A stretch of 64,000 bases of DNA from Oceanispirochaeta sp. (GCA_963663385.2 CAXXXD010000004.1:480001-544000), one strand, 5' to 3'; counted from the first letter of the stretch, positions 18,609 to 28,770 are shown. The notes: generated from the sequence alone by a model not told the origin. Made by a program: numbers and translations.

Positions 18609-19751
18609 ATGACATCCAAGGAAAGAGTTGACCTGGCTTTGAATCATAAAGAGGCGGACAGAATCCCTATTGATTTCGGCGGACATCTGATTACAAGTAT
18701 CCATATGGATGCCTACAGGCCTCTGCTGCAGTATATGGGAATGCCTGATAAACCTCTTGAAATAGAAAGGTACAGGCAGAGGACGGCTGTGATAGATGAA
18801 GAAATCTTTCAGAAATTTCATTCGGATTTTCGTCCGTTGACCCCTCCTGTGCCGGATCTGAAATGGTTTGAAGAGGGGGATGACTCCCTTTATGAGGATG
18901 AATGGGGTGTTACCTGGCGGCGAAAGGGTTCGGATGGCCTTTATTTTGAACACCATAAACCCGCTTATGACAGTATGCCTGCAGTCGATCTGTTAATGGA
19001 AAAGACCTGGCCCGATTACTCCCTTGGAAAAAGGATTGCCGGTCTGCCGGAAAAGGCCTCAGTCATTGATGAGGCCGGGAAGGTTCCCGTACTGGATCTT
19101 CCCCTGGGCCTGGAAATATTCGATGCGGGGTTCAATATCTGCGGTTCCGGCAATTTTTATATGCTGCTCGCCCTTGACCCCGAAGCGGCGTGTTATATTT
19201 TCGACAGGCAGCTTGAACAGCAGATCGCCTGGTGGTCTCAGGCAATTAAAGCTATGCCGGAATTGACCCTGATTAGGATTGGAGATGATCTGGGGGCTCA
19301 GGATGCCATGCTTATTGATCCGGATATGTACCGTTCTCTGGTACTGCCCCGGCATCAGAAGCTGTTCCGTACCACAAAAGATCTGTCCGGAGGGAGGGTC
19401 AGAATTATTATGCATTCAGACGGAGCCATCCTTCCTGTTCTGCCGGATCTGATTGATGCGGGAATTGATTGTCTGAATCCTGTCCAATATACGGTCAGGG
19501 GGATTGATCCTGCTGCCCTGAAAAAAGAATTCGGAGGGGATATTACGTTTTGGGGCGGGGGTGTTGATTCCCAGAATATCCTGCCCAATGAGAGTCCCGA
19601 AGCAGTAAAGGACGAGGTTAAACGGCAGATTGATATCCTGGCTCCTGGAGGAGGGTATGTCTTCAGCCCAATCCATATCCTGCAAAAGGATGTCCCCCCT
19701 GAGAATATCATTGCCATGATGGAAGCAGCTATAGAATATGGGTCTTATTAA
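18609..19751 (+). CDS. Uroporphyrinogen decarboxylase/MtaA-CmuA superfamily protein
   Basis: MTSKERV..ALNHKEADRIP, DEWGV, GDDLG.Q, HSDG, FWGGGVDSQ, APGGGYVF, VPPENI. Confidence 0.85.
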   Translation: MTSKERVDLALNHKEADRIPIDFGGHLITSIHMDAYRPLLQYMGMPDKPLEIERYRQRTAVIDEEIFQKFHSDFRPLTPPVPDLKWFEEGDDSLYEDEWGVTWRRKGSDGLYFEHHKPAYDSMPAVDLLMEKTWPDYSLGKRIAGLPEKASVIDEAGKVPVLDLPLGLEIFDAGFNICGSGNFYMLLALDPEAACYIFDRQLEQQIAWWSQAIKAMPELTLIRIGDDLGAQDAMLIDPDMYRSLVLPRHQKLFRTTKDLSGGRVRIIMHSDGAILPVLPDLIDAGIDCLNPVQYTVRGIDPAALKKEFGGDITFWGGGVDSQNILPNESPEAVKDEVKRQIDILAPGGGYVFSPIHILQKDVPPENIIAMMEAAIEYGSY

Positions 19752-19821
19752 TTCAAATCTTGCAGGGCTCTCTGAGTCCTGTTAATATAAACAGATAAAA
19801 TAATAGAAAACCGGAGAACAC

Positions 19822-20607
19822 ATGTCCGTAAGTCCAATTGCATCAAGCCGCCATATCCGCCTCCTGGATATCCTCAAACGCAGAGGAGCCACCCGGGTAG
19901 ATGAGCTTAGCGAGATGCTTTCAGTTTCCCCGGTTACCATCCGGCGGGATCTGGAATATCTCAGCAGGAAGGGGTTGCTGGAGAGGCATCACGGAGGAGC
20001 CCGGCTGGTAACAGCTCCTGTTAATGGTCTGCCCGAAAGAGACTTTACAGAAAAGGGCGGCTCTATGGCAGCAGAAAAAAATGCCATTGCCAGAAAAGCC
20101 CTTGAACTGCTGGACGACAATGAAATTATTTTTGTAAACAGCGGATCCACGACTCTCTCTTTTATAGGCAGTCTTCAGGACAGAAGGTTGAAAGTCTTTA
20201 CCAATAACGCCTGGTCCATAACGGTTCAAAAGGGTCCGGAAGTCGATTTGATGATTCTGGGAGGAGAGTTCCGGGAAAACTCCCGGTCCTTTGTGGGGAT
20301 TATGACCCTTGAGGCCCTTGAAAATATCCACAGTAATAAAACCTTTCTCGGTTCAAACGGCATCTCCCTGGAGAAGGGACTGACCACAACGGTACAGCAG
20401 GAGTGCAGTATTAACCAGGCTATGATACGTAATACAAACGGGCCGGTTATCGTGCTGGCCGATCATACGAAAATCGGACGGATTTCCAATTTTGTTTCCA
20501 CTCCCCTGAATCATATTGATATTCTGATTACCGACAATGGTTGTCCCGAAGAGAAAATAGAGAAATTCCGGCAGACCGGTATCCGGGTTATTGTGGCAGA
20601 AGTTTAA
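19822..20607 (+). CDS. DeoR/GlpR-family regulator (UlaR-like candidate)
   Basis: VSPVTIRRDL HTH, HGGA, NSGSTT, ADHTKIG. Confidence 0.92.
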   Translation: MSVSPIASSRHIRLLDILKRRGATRVDELSEMLSVSPVTIRRDLEYLSRKGLLERHHGGARLVTAPVNGLPERDFTEKGGSMAAEKNAIARKALELLDDNEIIFVNSGSTTLSFIGSLQDRRLKVFTNNAWSITVQKGPEVDLMILGGEFRENSRSFVGIMTLEALENIHSNKTFLGSNGISLEKGLTTTVQQECSINQAMIRNTNGPVIVLADHTKIGRISNFVSTPLNHIDILITDNGCPEEKIEKFRQTGIRVIVAEV

Positions 20608-20674
20608 TTAAGTACCGCTTGTAATCACCCTGAATAGCTGCCGGTAGTTTCCCTATATGTTTTAGTAGAGCATT

Positions 20675-22666
20675 TTAAAACTCTGTAAACTCGTCATCAG
20701 ATATATCCGGAGGCAGGGGTTTTGCAGCAGGCTTCTGTATTTCAGGTTTGGCTGCAGGGGGAGGCAGTTCTTTCTGCACTTTCCGGGTTCCGGTCATTAC
20801 TTTCTCTTTGCCTTCGATCTTAAAGAAGTTTACAGTTGTTCTTAACTGTTCCGCCTGGGCAGCCAGTTCCTCTGATGTGGAAGCCAGCTGTTCTGCAGAG
20901 GACGCATTGGTCTGAATAACACTATCCAGCTGCTGGAGGGCCATGCTGATCTGCTCTACACCTGTCTGCTGTTCTTTGCTTGAGGAGGAAATCTCCTCGA
21001 CCAGATCCGCTGTTTTCTGGATATCCGGGACCAGTTTCTCCAGAATCTCTTCCGATTTCTGAGAGATGCTTACAGACTCTCTTGACTGCTCCGTTATCTC
21101 TTTTGAGGCTTTCTGGCTGTTTTCAGCCAGCTTGCGGACCTCCGATGCAACAACCGCAAATCCTTTGCCTGATTCGCCTGCTCTGGCAGCTTCAATGGCC
21201 GCGTTCAGGGCAAGGAGGTTTGTCTGCCTGGCTATTTCGGTAATAATTGAAATCTTTTCTGCAATTATATTCATGGATTCCAGGGACTGTTTTACAGCCA
21301 CGCTGGATTCTTTTGCTTTTCCGGATGCCTGCAGGGCAATCTTCTCTGTCTGGATGGAGTTATCCGCACTTTGAGTAATGATACTGCTCATTTCTTCCAT
21401 AGAAGAGGAAACCTCTTCAGCGCTGGCGGCCTGTTCCGAGGCTCCCGATGAGAGCTGCTGGGCCGAGTCGGAAATCTGCAGACTGCCATCTGCTATCTGT
21501 TCCGAAGACTCGTGGACACTGCTGACAATCTGGCTGAGTTTTTCTACCATCGTGGAAAGAGCGGTAGCCAGAATGCCCAATTCGTCCTTTCTGTATTTTA
21601 ACTTATTGTCCTTGAAGGATTTAAGGTTTCCCGATGAAACTTCTTCCAGATGAGATGCCACAATCTTGATTGGTTTGGCTATTGTATTTCCCAGAAACCA
21701 GCTGGTTAAAGCAAAGATAGCCAGTGAAATAAGAAATAGTATAATATAGAAAACGATAAGTCGGTTAACTGTTGCAAATATTTCATCAGAATCGGGAACT
21801 GTAATCAGGGTCCAGCCCTGAGTTGTTATCCTGAATCCGATTATATCTCTGCCGTCAGCAATGATTCCCGATTTTTCACCCTGATCTATCATTGTCTGAA
21901 ACTGCCGGGCAAATTGGGGATAAACCTCATCAAACGTCTGTCCTTCGCTCTCCTCATTCGGGTGAGCAATAAAGGTTTCGTTATTTCCGATAAGGGCATA
22001 GTATCCTTTCTGCATGAATTTTTCGGTAATGAGGGCTTCTCTGATTGATCCTATATAGCTGTCGGTACCTACAACAGCCACGGTTTTTCCATCCATTACG
22101 AGGGCTTCTGAATAACTGATCAGTTTTTCGTCGTATCCCTCCCAATCATAAGGGTCGGCAATGTATGTGTCACTCTCCTCGACTCCCCACATCCATTCCC
22201 AGTTGGGATCTCTCCCTATTTCGGCTCTTGTATAATCCGAGGGTATTTTAATGGTGATATTCCCATCCAGCTTCATATTTCTGATAGAAATCCCCATATG
22301 GGAGGAATCCACATATTCCGGAAAAAACCAGGCATATATATTTAAAAGATGATTTCCGAGTACGATTGCCCTGCCCGCTTTTGTAAGGTCATCAGTGTAT
22401 GATCTGAACTGATCCGCATCAGAAATAGTCTCCAGACTGAGGTTGTCTACCAGGTATCCTTTGTAAGAGTCGACAGCAATATTCAACCGGGTAAAATACG
22501 TTTCAATTTCCTTTGCCCAGGATTCCGTAGATTTCTCAACAATCGCATGACTGTTCCGGGTAATCGTCCGGATTGATAATGTCAGGCTGAACAGGACAAA
22601 TATGGCTAGAATCAAAATGAACGGGACCAGGGTCATTAAAAAAAGTTTGTAAGCTATTTTTTTCAT
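20675..22666 (-). CDS. Methyl-accepting chemotaxis protein with Cache-like sensor and HAMP domain
   Basis: Two TM segments, [47 protein letters not shown]-terminal EFTEF. Confidence 0.95.
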   Translation of the reverse strand: MKKIAYKLFLMTLVPFILILAIFVLFSLTLSIRTITRNSHAIVEKSTESWAKEIETYFTRLNIAVDSYKGYLVDNLSLETISDADQFRSYTDDLTKAGRAIVLGNHLLNIYAWFFPEYVDSSHMGISIRNMKLDGNITIKIPSDYTRAEIGRDPNWEWMWGVEESDTYIADPYDWEGYDEKLISYSEALVMDGKTVAVVGTDSYIGSIREALITEKFMQKGYYALIGNNETFIAHPNEESEGQTFDEVYPQFARQFQTMIDQGEKSGIIADGRDIIGFRITTQGWTLITVPDSDEIFATVNRLIVFYIILFLISLAIFALTSWFLGNTIAKPIKIVASHLEEVSSGNLKSFKDNKLKYRKDELGILATALSTMVEKLSQIVSSVHESSEQIADGSLQISDSAQQLSSGASEQAASAEEVSSSMEEMSSIITQSADNSIQTEKIALQASGKAKESSVAVKQSLESMNIIAEKISIITEIARQTNLLALNAAIEAARAGESGKGFAVVASEVRKLAENSQKASKEITEQSRESVSISQKSEEILEKLVPDIQKTADLVEEISSSSKEQQTGVEQISMALQQLDSVIQTNASSAEQLASTSEELAAQAEQLRTTVNFFKIEGKEKVMTGTRKVQKELPPPAAKPEIQKPAAKPLPPDISDDEFTEF

Positions 22667-22917
22667 TTTTTTCTTCCTTATCCTTAAAGCTTAGTGGATA
22701 TATCAGCCTGATTCAAATATATCATCTTTATACTCTGACGGCTCTCCTGATTTGCTTTCACTCCTCTGAACCATATTGATATTTCATTGCTGATAGGAAC
22801 TGTCCTAAAGTAAAAATTGAGAAACTAAAATTAACGGCATCCGGGGGCTTGCCGTTGAGGTGGGGGCATTGTATCTGAGTATACGAAATTCAGCTTATCC
22901 GCTATACTCATACACAA

Positions 22918-23553
22918 ATGAAATCCTATAAAACATACCTTTTTGATGTAGACGGAACCCTTCTGAATACGATGGAACTGATCTATCAGTCATTTAAAAA
23001 TACCTGCCGGGAGTATTCCGGTCTTGAGGTCAGCCGGGAGCAGGTCTGGTCCCATGTGGGGATTCCCCTGCCGACCCAGCTGGAAATGTACCTGGGCAAG
23101 CTGGGAAAGAGGATGGATGAAATCCTGGCTCTTCATAATAACTATCAGACATCCATATACAAGGAGTATCTGCAGATCTTTCCCGGTGTTAGAACAGCCA
23201 TTGCAGCCTTGCATGAACGCGGTGCAAACCTCGGGATTGTCTCTTCCAGGACCAGACCGTCGCTGGACCGGTACCTTAAGCATTTTGAACTGGATTCCTT
23301 TTTTTCGGTTATCGCCACCCCCGAGTGTACGGAAAAGCATAAACCCGAACCGGAACCGGTCCTTTGGGCTCTGAAACAGTTTCAGGCTGAGGCTGAAGAT
23401 ACGCTGTTTATAGGCGATGCGGATGTGGACATGCTCAGCGGAAGCCGGGCCGGAGTTGATACGGCTTTTGCTCTATGGGGACCGAACAGGCTGGAAGACC
23501 TGAGTAATCCTCCCACCTGGGATCTGGATCGTATTGACGGGCTGATCTGCTAA
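22918..23553 (+). CDS. HAD-family phosphatase (PpaX/Gph-like)
   Basis: FDVDGTL, VSS, KPEPEP, IGDADVD. Confidence 0.9.
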   Translation: MKSYKTYLFDVDGTLLNTMELIYQSFKNTCREYSGLEVSREQVWSHVGIPLPTQLEMYLGKLGKRMDEILALHNNYQTSIYKEYLQIFPGVRTAIAALHERGANLGIVSSRTRPSLDRYLKHFELDSFFSVIATPECTEKHKPEPEPVLWALKQFQAEAEDTLFIGDADVDMLSGSRAGVDTAFALWGPNRLEDLSNPPTWDLDRIDGLIC

Positions 23554-24262
23554 ACCCGTAACTTTACTGTCATGATAAGAGGATTGTGATCGGAGTATTG
23601 AAAACCGGTATCAATTCCTTCCGTATGAATAATTTCAATATTGGGAGAAACCAGAAACCCGTCGATGACACAGGAAAAGGTTTCTCCTGCTTTATAAGGG
23701 GCGGCCAGGGAGCGGCAGGTGGGAACAGACGGGTCGAATCCCCAATCCCATCCCGGTATCTCCCAGTCTGAGGGCAGGGGCTGATAATACTCGGGGATTC
23801 CTTCTGCTGACGGGAATTGTGCTCCGGTGGTTCCCGGCATATAGCTGTTCCAGTCGCCCCCTATAATGACGGCATTTCCTTTTGCATACTCATTCAGAGC
23901 AAATGATTTTATCAGTTCCAGCTGCTCTGTTTTGATAAAGCCTCCTTTATCGTAGGCGGCGTTATGGGTGTTCACAATTACCCACTCCCTGTCTTCCCCA
24001 GCCGGCAGGCGGGCCACGAGCATGCAGCGATCCAGAAAAAAGATTCTCCGCGGCCATTTGTAGTTGCCGGGAAGAGCATAGCGATCGGCTTTTCTCATAC
24101 TGAATCGTGAGAATACAGCCGGCCCGGAGAGTACCGAACCGTATTGGGGGCCGATAATTTTTGGGGAGGGGATAAATTTTACCTTATAATTTGTAGCGAA
24201 GGCCGAGCTATATTCAGGAAAAAGATCTTTCAGTCCGGCAAACTGGTCTTCCTTTCCGGACC
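23550..24262 (-). pseudogene. 5'-truncated endonuclease/exonuclease/phosphatase-family gene
   Basis: C-terminal motifs NTHNAAYD, GGDWN, IDGFLVS and SDHNP present; N-terminal N and QEVD motifs missing; ORF-track N-terminus runs through the divergent promoter. Breakpoint approximate. Confidence 0.6.
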
Positions 24263-24381
24263 GGGCGCAGAACAGGACTAAAGAGCTGTATTGTTTTTTT
24301 CTTTTGCAGTGAACGATTCTGACCGTTTGTGCTTGCATTGTGACCGCATTGCCCTGCATAATAGTACCTGAGGTTTAAGAT

Positions 24382-25167
24382 ATGAAAATGGAAATTCCCG
24401 CGGAGAGGCGGGTGCGCATATTACAGTTGCTTAAAGATAAGGGCATTGTCAGAGTTGATGAACTGAGCCGGGACCTGGAAGTGTCCGTTATAACAGTCCG
24501 GAGAGATCTGGCTGCCATGGAAAATGAGGGTCTTCTGGAGAGAACCCACGGGGGAGCCATCGGTTCCAATCTCCGCGTGAACGAACCTTCCTACAATGAC
24601 AAGGGACGGCAGAACATCACCCATAAATCCAGCATTGCCCGGAAAGCAGCCTCGCTGGTGGAAGAGGGCGAGACGATTTTTGTTAATAGTGGGTCCACCA
24701 CTGCTCTTGTGCTTCAGGAGCTTGTCCACGTACCCCGTCTGACTATAATAACGAATAATATTGGAGCTCTAAATAATCTGGATATTCGTCCGGATTGCGA
24801 GCTGATCCTCACCGGCGGTACTTTCCGGCCCGGTACCAGCTGTCTGGTGGGTGAAGAGGTTATCAACCGCCTCAATCTTGTATACCCAACCACAACGATC
24901 CTTGGGGTTGACGGAGTCTCCTTCCGGAAAGGATTGACTTCACACAATGCCCATGAGGCGGCGGTAAGCCGGAAAATGATTGAACAGGCCAGCGGACGAA
25001 TTATTGTTGTGGCTGATTCATCCAAAATAGGATCGCTTTCCCTGCATACTATCAGTCCTCTGCCTCAGGTTGATGCACTGGTGACGGATAGTCTGCCTGA
25101 TCCTTCGGTTATTCAGGATTTTATCAATGCCGGGGTGCAGTTGATTACAGCCGGTGATTCGCAATGA
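24382..25167 (+). CDS. DeoR/GlpR-family regulator
   Basis: VSVITVRRDL, RTHGGA, NSGSTT, ADSSKIG; paralogous to 19822-20607. Confidence 0.92.
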   Translation: MKMEIPAERRVRILQLLKDKGIVRVDELSRDLEVSVITVRRDLAAMENEGLLERTHGGAIGSNLRVNEPSYNDKGRQNITHKSSIARKAASLVEEGETIFVNSGSTTALVLQELVHVPRLTIITNNIGALNNLDIRPDCELILTGGTFRPGTSCLVGEEVINRLNLVYPTTTILGVDGVSFRKGLTSHNAHEAAVSRKMIEQASGRIIVVADSSKIGSLSLHTISPLPQVDALVTDSLPDPSVIQDFINAGVQLITAGDSQ

Positions 25168-25220
25168 TCGATTGAGATCGGAATTGAAAAATATTGGAGG
25201 TCTTTAAGATTGTATTGAAA

Positions 25221-25276
25221 AAAAGATTCTTAAACGATCTTATAAGTTGACAATGAGATCATAAACGATCTATTAT
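25221..25276 (+). promoter_or_regulatory. Sigma70 promoter with direct-repeat operator upstream of the Ldh2 gene
   Basis: TTGACA (25247-25252), 18 bp, TATTAT (25271-25276); TAAACGATCT at 25231 and 25262. Confidence 0.7.
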
Positions 25277-25304
25277 GACTTTATAATTATTAAGGAGAGT
25301 TGTT

Positions 25305-26432
25305 ATGGGATACGCAGATGCCTATAAAGATTGTGAATGGGTGGACTTTGATGTCCTTGAGAATTTTATGAAGCAGGTCCTGTTGAAAAGCGGAGTTCCC
25401 GAAGCTGATGCGGATGTTATATCAGATGTTTTAATAGAATCGGATAAAAGAGGGATAGATTCACATGGTATCGGCCGTCTAAAACCTATTTATATAGACA
25501 GACTGGATGCAGGAACCCAGGAGCCTGTAACCAAAATTGATGTTATAAAAGAAACCGAAACAACTGCCGTTCTGGATGCCAATAACGGTATGGGCCACGT
25601 AGTGGCAAAGAAAGCCATGCAGATGGCTATCGATAAAGCCAAAAAGAACGGCCTTGCCATGGTTGCCGTACGAAATTCTACCCACTATGGAATTGCCGGA
25701 TACTATACCTCCATGGCAACCAAGGCCGGAATGATCGGTATTACCGGAACAAATGCCCGCCCCTCCATTGCACCTACTTTCGGTGTCGAAAATATGCTGG
25801 GAACCAACCCCCTGACTATCGGCCTGCCTACGGATGAAGAGTTTGATTTTAATCTGGACTGTGCCACTTCCGTATCCCAGAGAGGTAAGCTGGAAGTTTA
25901 CGGACGGGCCGGTAAAGATCTTCCGGAGGGCTGGGTAATCGGTAACGACGGTAAAACCAGAACGGATACACAGCAGGTGCTTGTGGATCTGACTAAAGGG
26001 AAGGCCGCTCTGGCTCCTCTCGGCGGAATCGGAGATCTTACAGCCGGTTTTAAAGGATTCGGTTATTCCACTGTTGTTGAAGTTCTGTCCGCCGCCCTTC
26101 AGGACGGTCACTTCCTGAAAGAATTGAACGGATTTGATGCGGAAGGGAAAAGGATTCCCATTCTTCTGGGACATTTCTTCATCGCCATAAATACAGACTT
26201 CTTCCTGGGTGAAGAACTCTTCCGGAAAGTTGCCGGAAACATCATGAGAAGCCTGAGAAATTCCAGAAAGGCTCCCGGTGAAGAGAGAATCTATACGGCC
26301 GGTGAAAAGGAATATATCGCATGGCAGTACAGAAAGGATCACGGATGCCCCGTTCCTGTAGTCCTGCAGAACCAGATGACCGAACTCAGGGACCGCTGGA
26401 ACCTGGATTTTGAGTTCGCCTGGGATAAATAA
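25305..26432 (+). CDS. Ldh_2-family (type 2 malate/L-lactate dehydrogenase-like) oxidoreductase
   Basis: RGIDSHG, VRNSTHYG, GTNP, DCATS, KGFG, GHFFIAIN. Confidence 0.9.
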   Translation: MGYADAYKDCEWVDFDVLENFMKQVLLKSGVPEADADVISDVLIESDKRGIDSHGIGRLKPIYIDRLDAGTQEPVTKIDVIKETETTAVLDANNGMGHVVAKKAMQMAIDKAKKNGLAMVAVRNSTHYGIAGYYTSMATKAGMIGITGTNARPSIAPTFGVENMLGTNPLTIGLPTDEEFDFNLDCATSVSQRGKLEVYGRAGKDLPEGWVIGNDGKTRTDTQQVLVDLTKGKAALAPLGGIGDLTAGFKGFGYSTVVEVLSAALQDGHFLKELNGFDAEGKRIPILLGHFFIAINTDFFLGEELFRKVAGNIMRSLRNSRKAPGEERIYTAGEKEYIAWQYRKDHGCPVPVVLQNQMTELRDRWNLDFEFAWDK

Positions 26433-26516
26433 AAGGAATATAACCGGGATCCCCTTTGGGAAATCCCGGAAACTTTGATAATCCTACGGGAAATTCACAT
26501 ACATAAGGAAAACGTA

Positions 26517-27800
26517 ATGGATGATATGAAAAAGAGGGCGCTGGAATATCACCAGCTGGATAACAAACCCGGTAAACTTGAAGTTGTGGCTTCAAAGCCC
26601 TGTGTCACTTCGGATGATCTCTCTCTGGCTTATTCTCCCGGTGTTGCTCACCCCGTACTGGAAATCGCCGATACTCCTGAAGATGCCTATAAATATACCA
26701 ATAGGGGAAATCTTGTTGCTGTTGTTTCCAACGGTACCGCCATTCTGGGACTCGGATCGAGAGGGGCATTGGCCAGCAAGCCGGTAATGGAGGGAAAGGG
26801 CGTTCTTTTTAAAAGGTTCGCCGATATCGATGTATTCGATATCGAGCTGGATACAAAAGATCCTAAAAAGATCATTGATATTGTAAAAACCATGCAGCCC
26901 ACATTCGGCGGTGTAAACCTGGAAGACATTGGGGCTCCAGACTGTTTTGAAATTGAACAGACTCTGATCAAAGAGTGTGATATCCCCGTATTTCATGATG
27001 ATCAGCACGGTACGGCCATAATTGCTACCGCCGGTTTAATGAACGCCGCTGAAATACAGGGCAAAAAGATGGAAGATCTGAAAATCGTTGTAAACGGAGC
27101 GGGCGCTGCCGGTATCAGCTGTTCCAAGATGTTTATCGCTGCCGGAGCTAAAAAAGAAAATCTGCTGCTTCTGGATTCAAAAGGTGTAATCTACGAAGGC
27201 AGAGCCGAAAGGATGACTCAGGAAAAAGTTGAATTTGCTGTAAAAACCGATAAACGGACTCTTGCTGAGGCCGTTAAAGATGCGGATGTTTTTATGGGTC
27301 TCTCGGTTGCCGACTGTCTTACACCCGAGATGCTGAAAACCATGGCTCCCAATCCCATTATTTTCGCTATGGCCAACCCCAATCCCGAAATCAAACCGGA
27401 TCTGGCTCACGCCACGAGGGACGACATTATTATGGGAACCGGTCGAAGCGACTATCCCAACCAGGTAAACAATGTACTTGGATTCCCCTTTATTTTCCGG
27501 GGAGCACTGGATGTAAGAGCTTCCGGTATTTCCGAAGGAATGAAAATGGCTGCAGCGAAGGCTCTGGCGGAACTGGCTAAACAGCCCGTTCCCGACGAAG
27601 TCCGCGCCGCTTACGGAAGGGATTTCACCTTTGGCAAGGAGTATGTTGTTCCCAAGCCCTTTGATCCCCGTGTCATCGAATGGGAAGCTGTTGCCGTAGC
27701 AAAAGCCGCCTGTGAAGAAGGTCTTGCAAAAGAGCCTATTACTGACTGGGATGCCTACCGCGAAACTCTGAAAAAGAGAATGGAAAAGCACTGGAAATAA
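26517..27800 (+). CDS. Malic enzyme (short prokaryotic type, no PTA domain)
   Basis: [58 protein letters not shown]. Confidence 0.95.
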   Translation: MDDMKKRALEYHQLDNKPGKLEVVASKPCVTSDDLSLAYSPGVAHPVLEIADTPEDAYKYTNRGNLVAVVSNGTAILGLGSRGALASKPVMEGKGVLFKRFADIDVFDIELDTKDPKKIIDIVKTMQPTFGGVNLEDIGAPDCFEIEQTLIKECDIPVFHDDQHGTAIIATAGLMNAAEIQGKKMEDLKIVVNGAGAAGISCSKMFIAAGAKKENLLLLDSKGVIYEGRAERMTQEKVEFAVKTDKRTLAEAVKDADVFMGLSVADCLTPEMLKTMAPNPIIFAMANPNPEIKPDLAHATRDDIIMGTGRSDYPNQVNNVLGFPFIFRGALDVRASGISEGMKMAAAKALAELAKQPVPDEVRAAYGRDFTFGKEYVVPKPFDPRVIEWEAVAVAKAACEEGLAKEPITDWDAYRETLKKRMEKHWK

Positions 27801-27814
27801 GGGTCCTGTTTTAC

Positions 27815-27849
27815 AAAAACCGCTTTGCCCGGTGGTGAAGCGGTTTTTT
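27815..27849 (+). terminator. Rho-independent terminator
   Basis: AAAAACCGCTT...AAGCGGTTTTTT. Confidence 0.75.
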
Positions 27850-27973
27850 ACCTTCACCCTGATCTTCTCTGGCTTCATAGACGAGTCGGTTGCATACTCG
27901 AGCAGTAAGCACAGCTTACGACCAGAGCAGGAAGTTTACTTCCGACCAGCCCAGAGGGAGAGGGTGTAAAGGT
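27850..27973. other. Multi-branched structured intergenic element (candidate ncRNA or REP-like module)
   Basis: Outer stem ACCTTCACCCT..CTCTGG / CCAGAG..AGGGTG..AAGGT enclosing three hairpins. Confidence 0.5.
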
Positions 27974-28105
27974 GTTGATTTGTGCTGTTATATTGTAAGC
28001 ATGAGCTTGGTTCTCTGTTTGTTTGCTTCATCTTTTTTAAATTCGAATTGCCAATTGGGTCCTGAGGGGCTAGAATTCATTATAGAAGCTTTTTAGGAGG
28101 CAGTA

Positions 28106-28750
28106 ATGCAAGTAGCTTACAGAATGACAAAGAATCCCATCACTATCTCTGCCCATACTCCCGTTAGTGAAGCAAGAGATATTATGAAGAGAGAGAAAAT
28201 CCACCGACTGCCCGTCGTTGATAAGCATGACCATCTTCTGGGTATCGTTACCGAGAAGGATATCCTGTATGCTTCTCCCTCTCCTGCCACATCCCTGGAT
28301 GTATACGAGATTGCCAATCTGCTGACAAAACTGCAGGTTCATAGCGTTATGACCAGGGATGTTAAAACTATAACTGCAGAAACACCCATGGAAGATGCCG
28401 CCCGTATCATGTCGGATTACAATATTGGCGGTCTGCCCATAATGGAGGATGATATCGTTATCGGTATTATTACCGAATCAGACCTTTTCAAAGTATTTAT
28501 TGAATTGTTCGGCGCCCGGGAAAAAGGGCTTCGTCTGACCCTCCTGATGCCCGAAAAGCATGGCGAACTGGCCGCCGTATCGAGTGCTATAGCTCAGGCC
28601 GGTGGGGATATTGTTTCTTTTGGCAATATGCTGGGAGAAAATGCCACCAACCGCTATGGAATCTTCAAGGTTCAGAATCTGGATGAACAGCAGTTGATAT
28701 CTGTTGTAGAACCTCTTGTCGAAAGAATTGTGGATATTCGGGAAATGTAA
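28106..28750 (+). CDS. CBS-pair plus ACT-domain protein (AcuB-like)
   Basis: Two CBS repeats (LPVVD..GIVTEKD; LPIM..GIITESD) and a C-terminal ACT-like segment; AGGAGG RBS. Confidence 0.88.
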   Translation: MQVAYRMTKNPITISAHTPVSEARDIMKREKIHRLPVVDKHDHLLGIVTEKDILYASPSPATSLDVYEIANLLTKLQVHSVMTRDVKTITAETPMEDAARIMSDYNIGGLPIMEDDIVIGIITESDLFKVFIELFGAREKGLRLTLLMPEKHGELAAVSSAIAQAGGDIVSFGNMLGENATNRYGIFKVQNLDEQQLISVVEPLVERIVDIREM

Positions 28751-28770
28751 TTTCTCAGATTGGATATGCC

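Noticed and set aside
22690..22735. Possible sigma28 promoter for the MCP (minus-strand TAAA...GCTGATAT)
   Set aside because: Spacer is 19 bp instead of about 15; the similar candidate upstream of cheW also has wrong spacing
25479..26342. 287-aa antisense ORF over the Ldh2 gene (similar cases over mglB and the SBP at 60814)
   Set aside because: Typical stop-free antisense frames of strongly codon-biased genes
27882..27950. tRNA or mini-CRISPR reading of the hairpin cluster
   Set aside because: No T-loop or D-loop consensus or CCA end; repeats are only 5-6 bp with two units and no cas genes. Kept as an unexplained structured element
27890..28096. 68-aa ORF upstream of the CBS gene
   Set aside because: TTG start without RBS, overlaps the structured element, no motif
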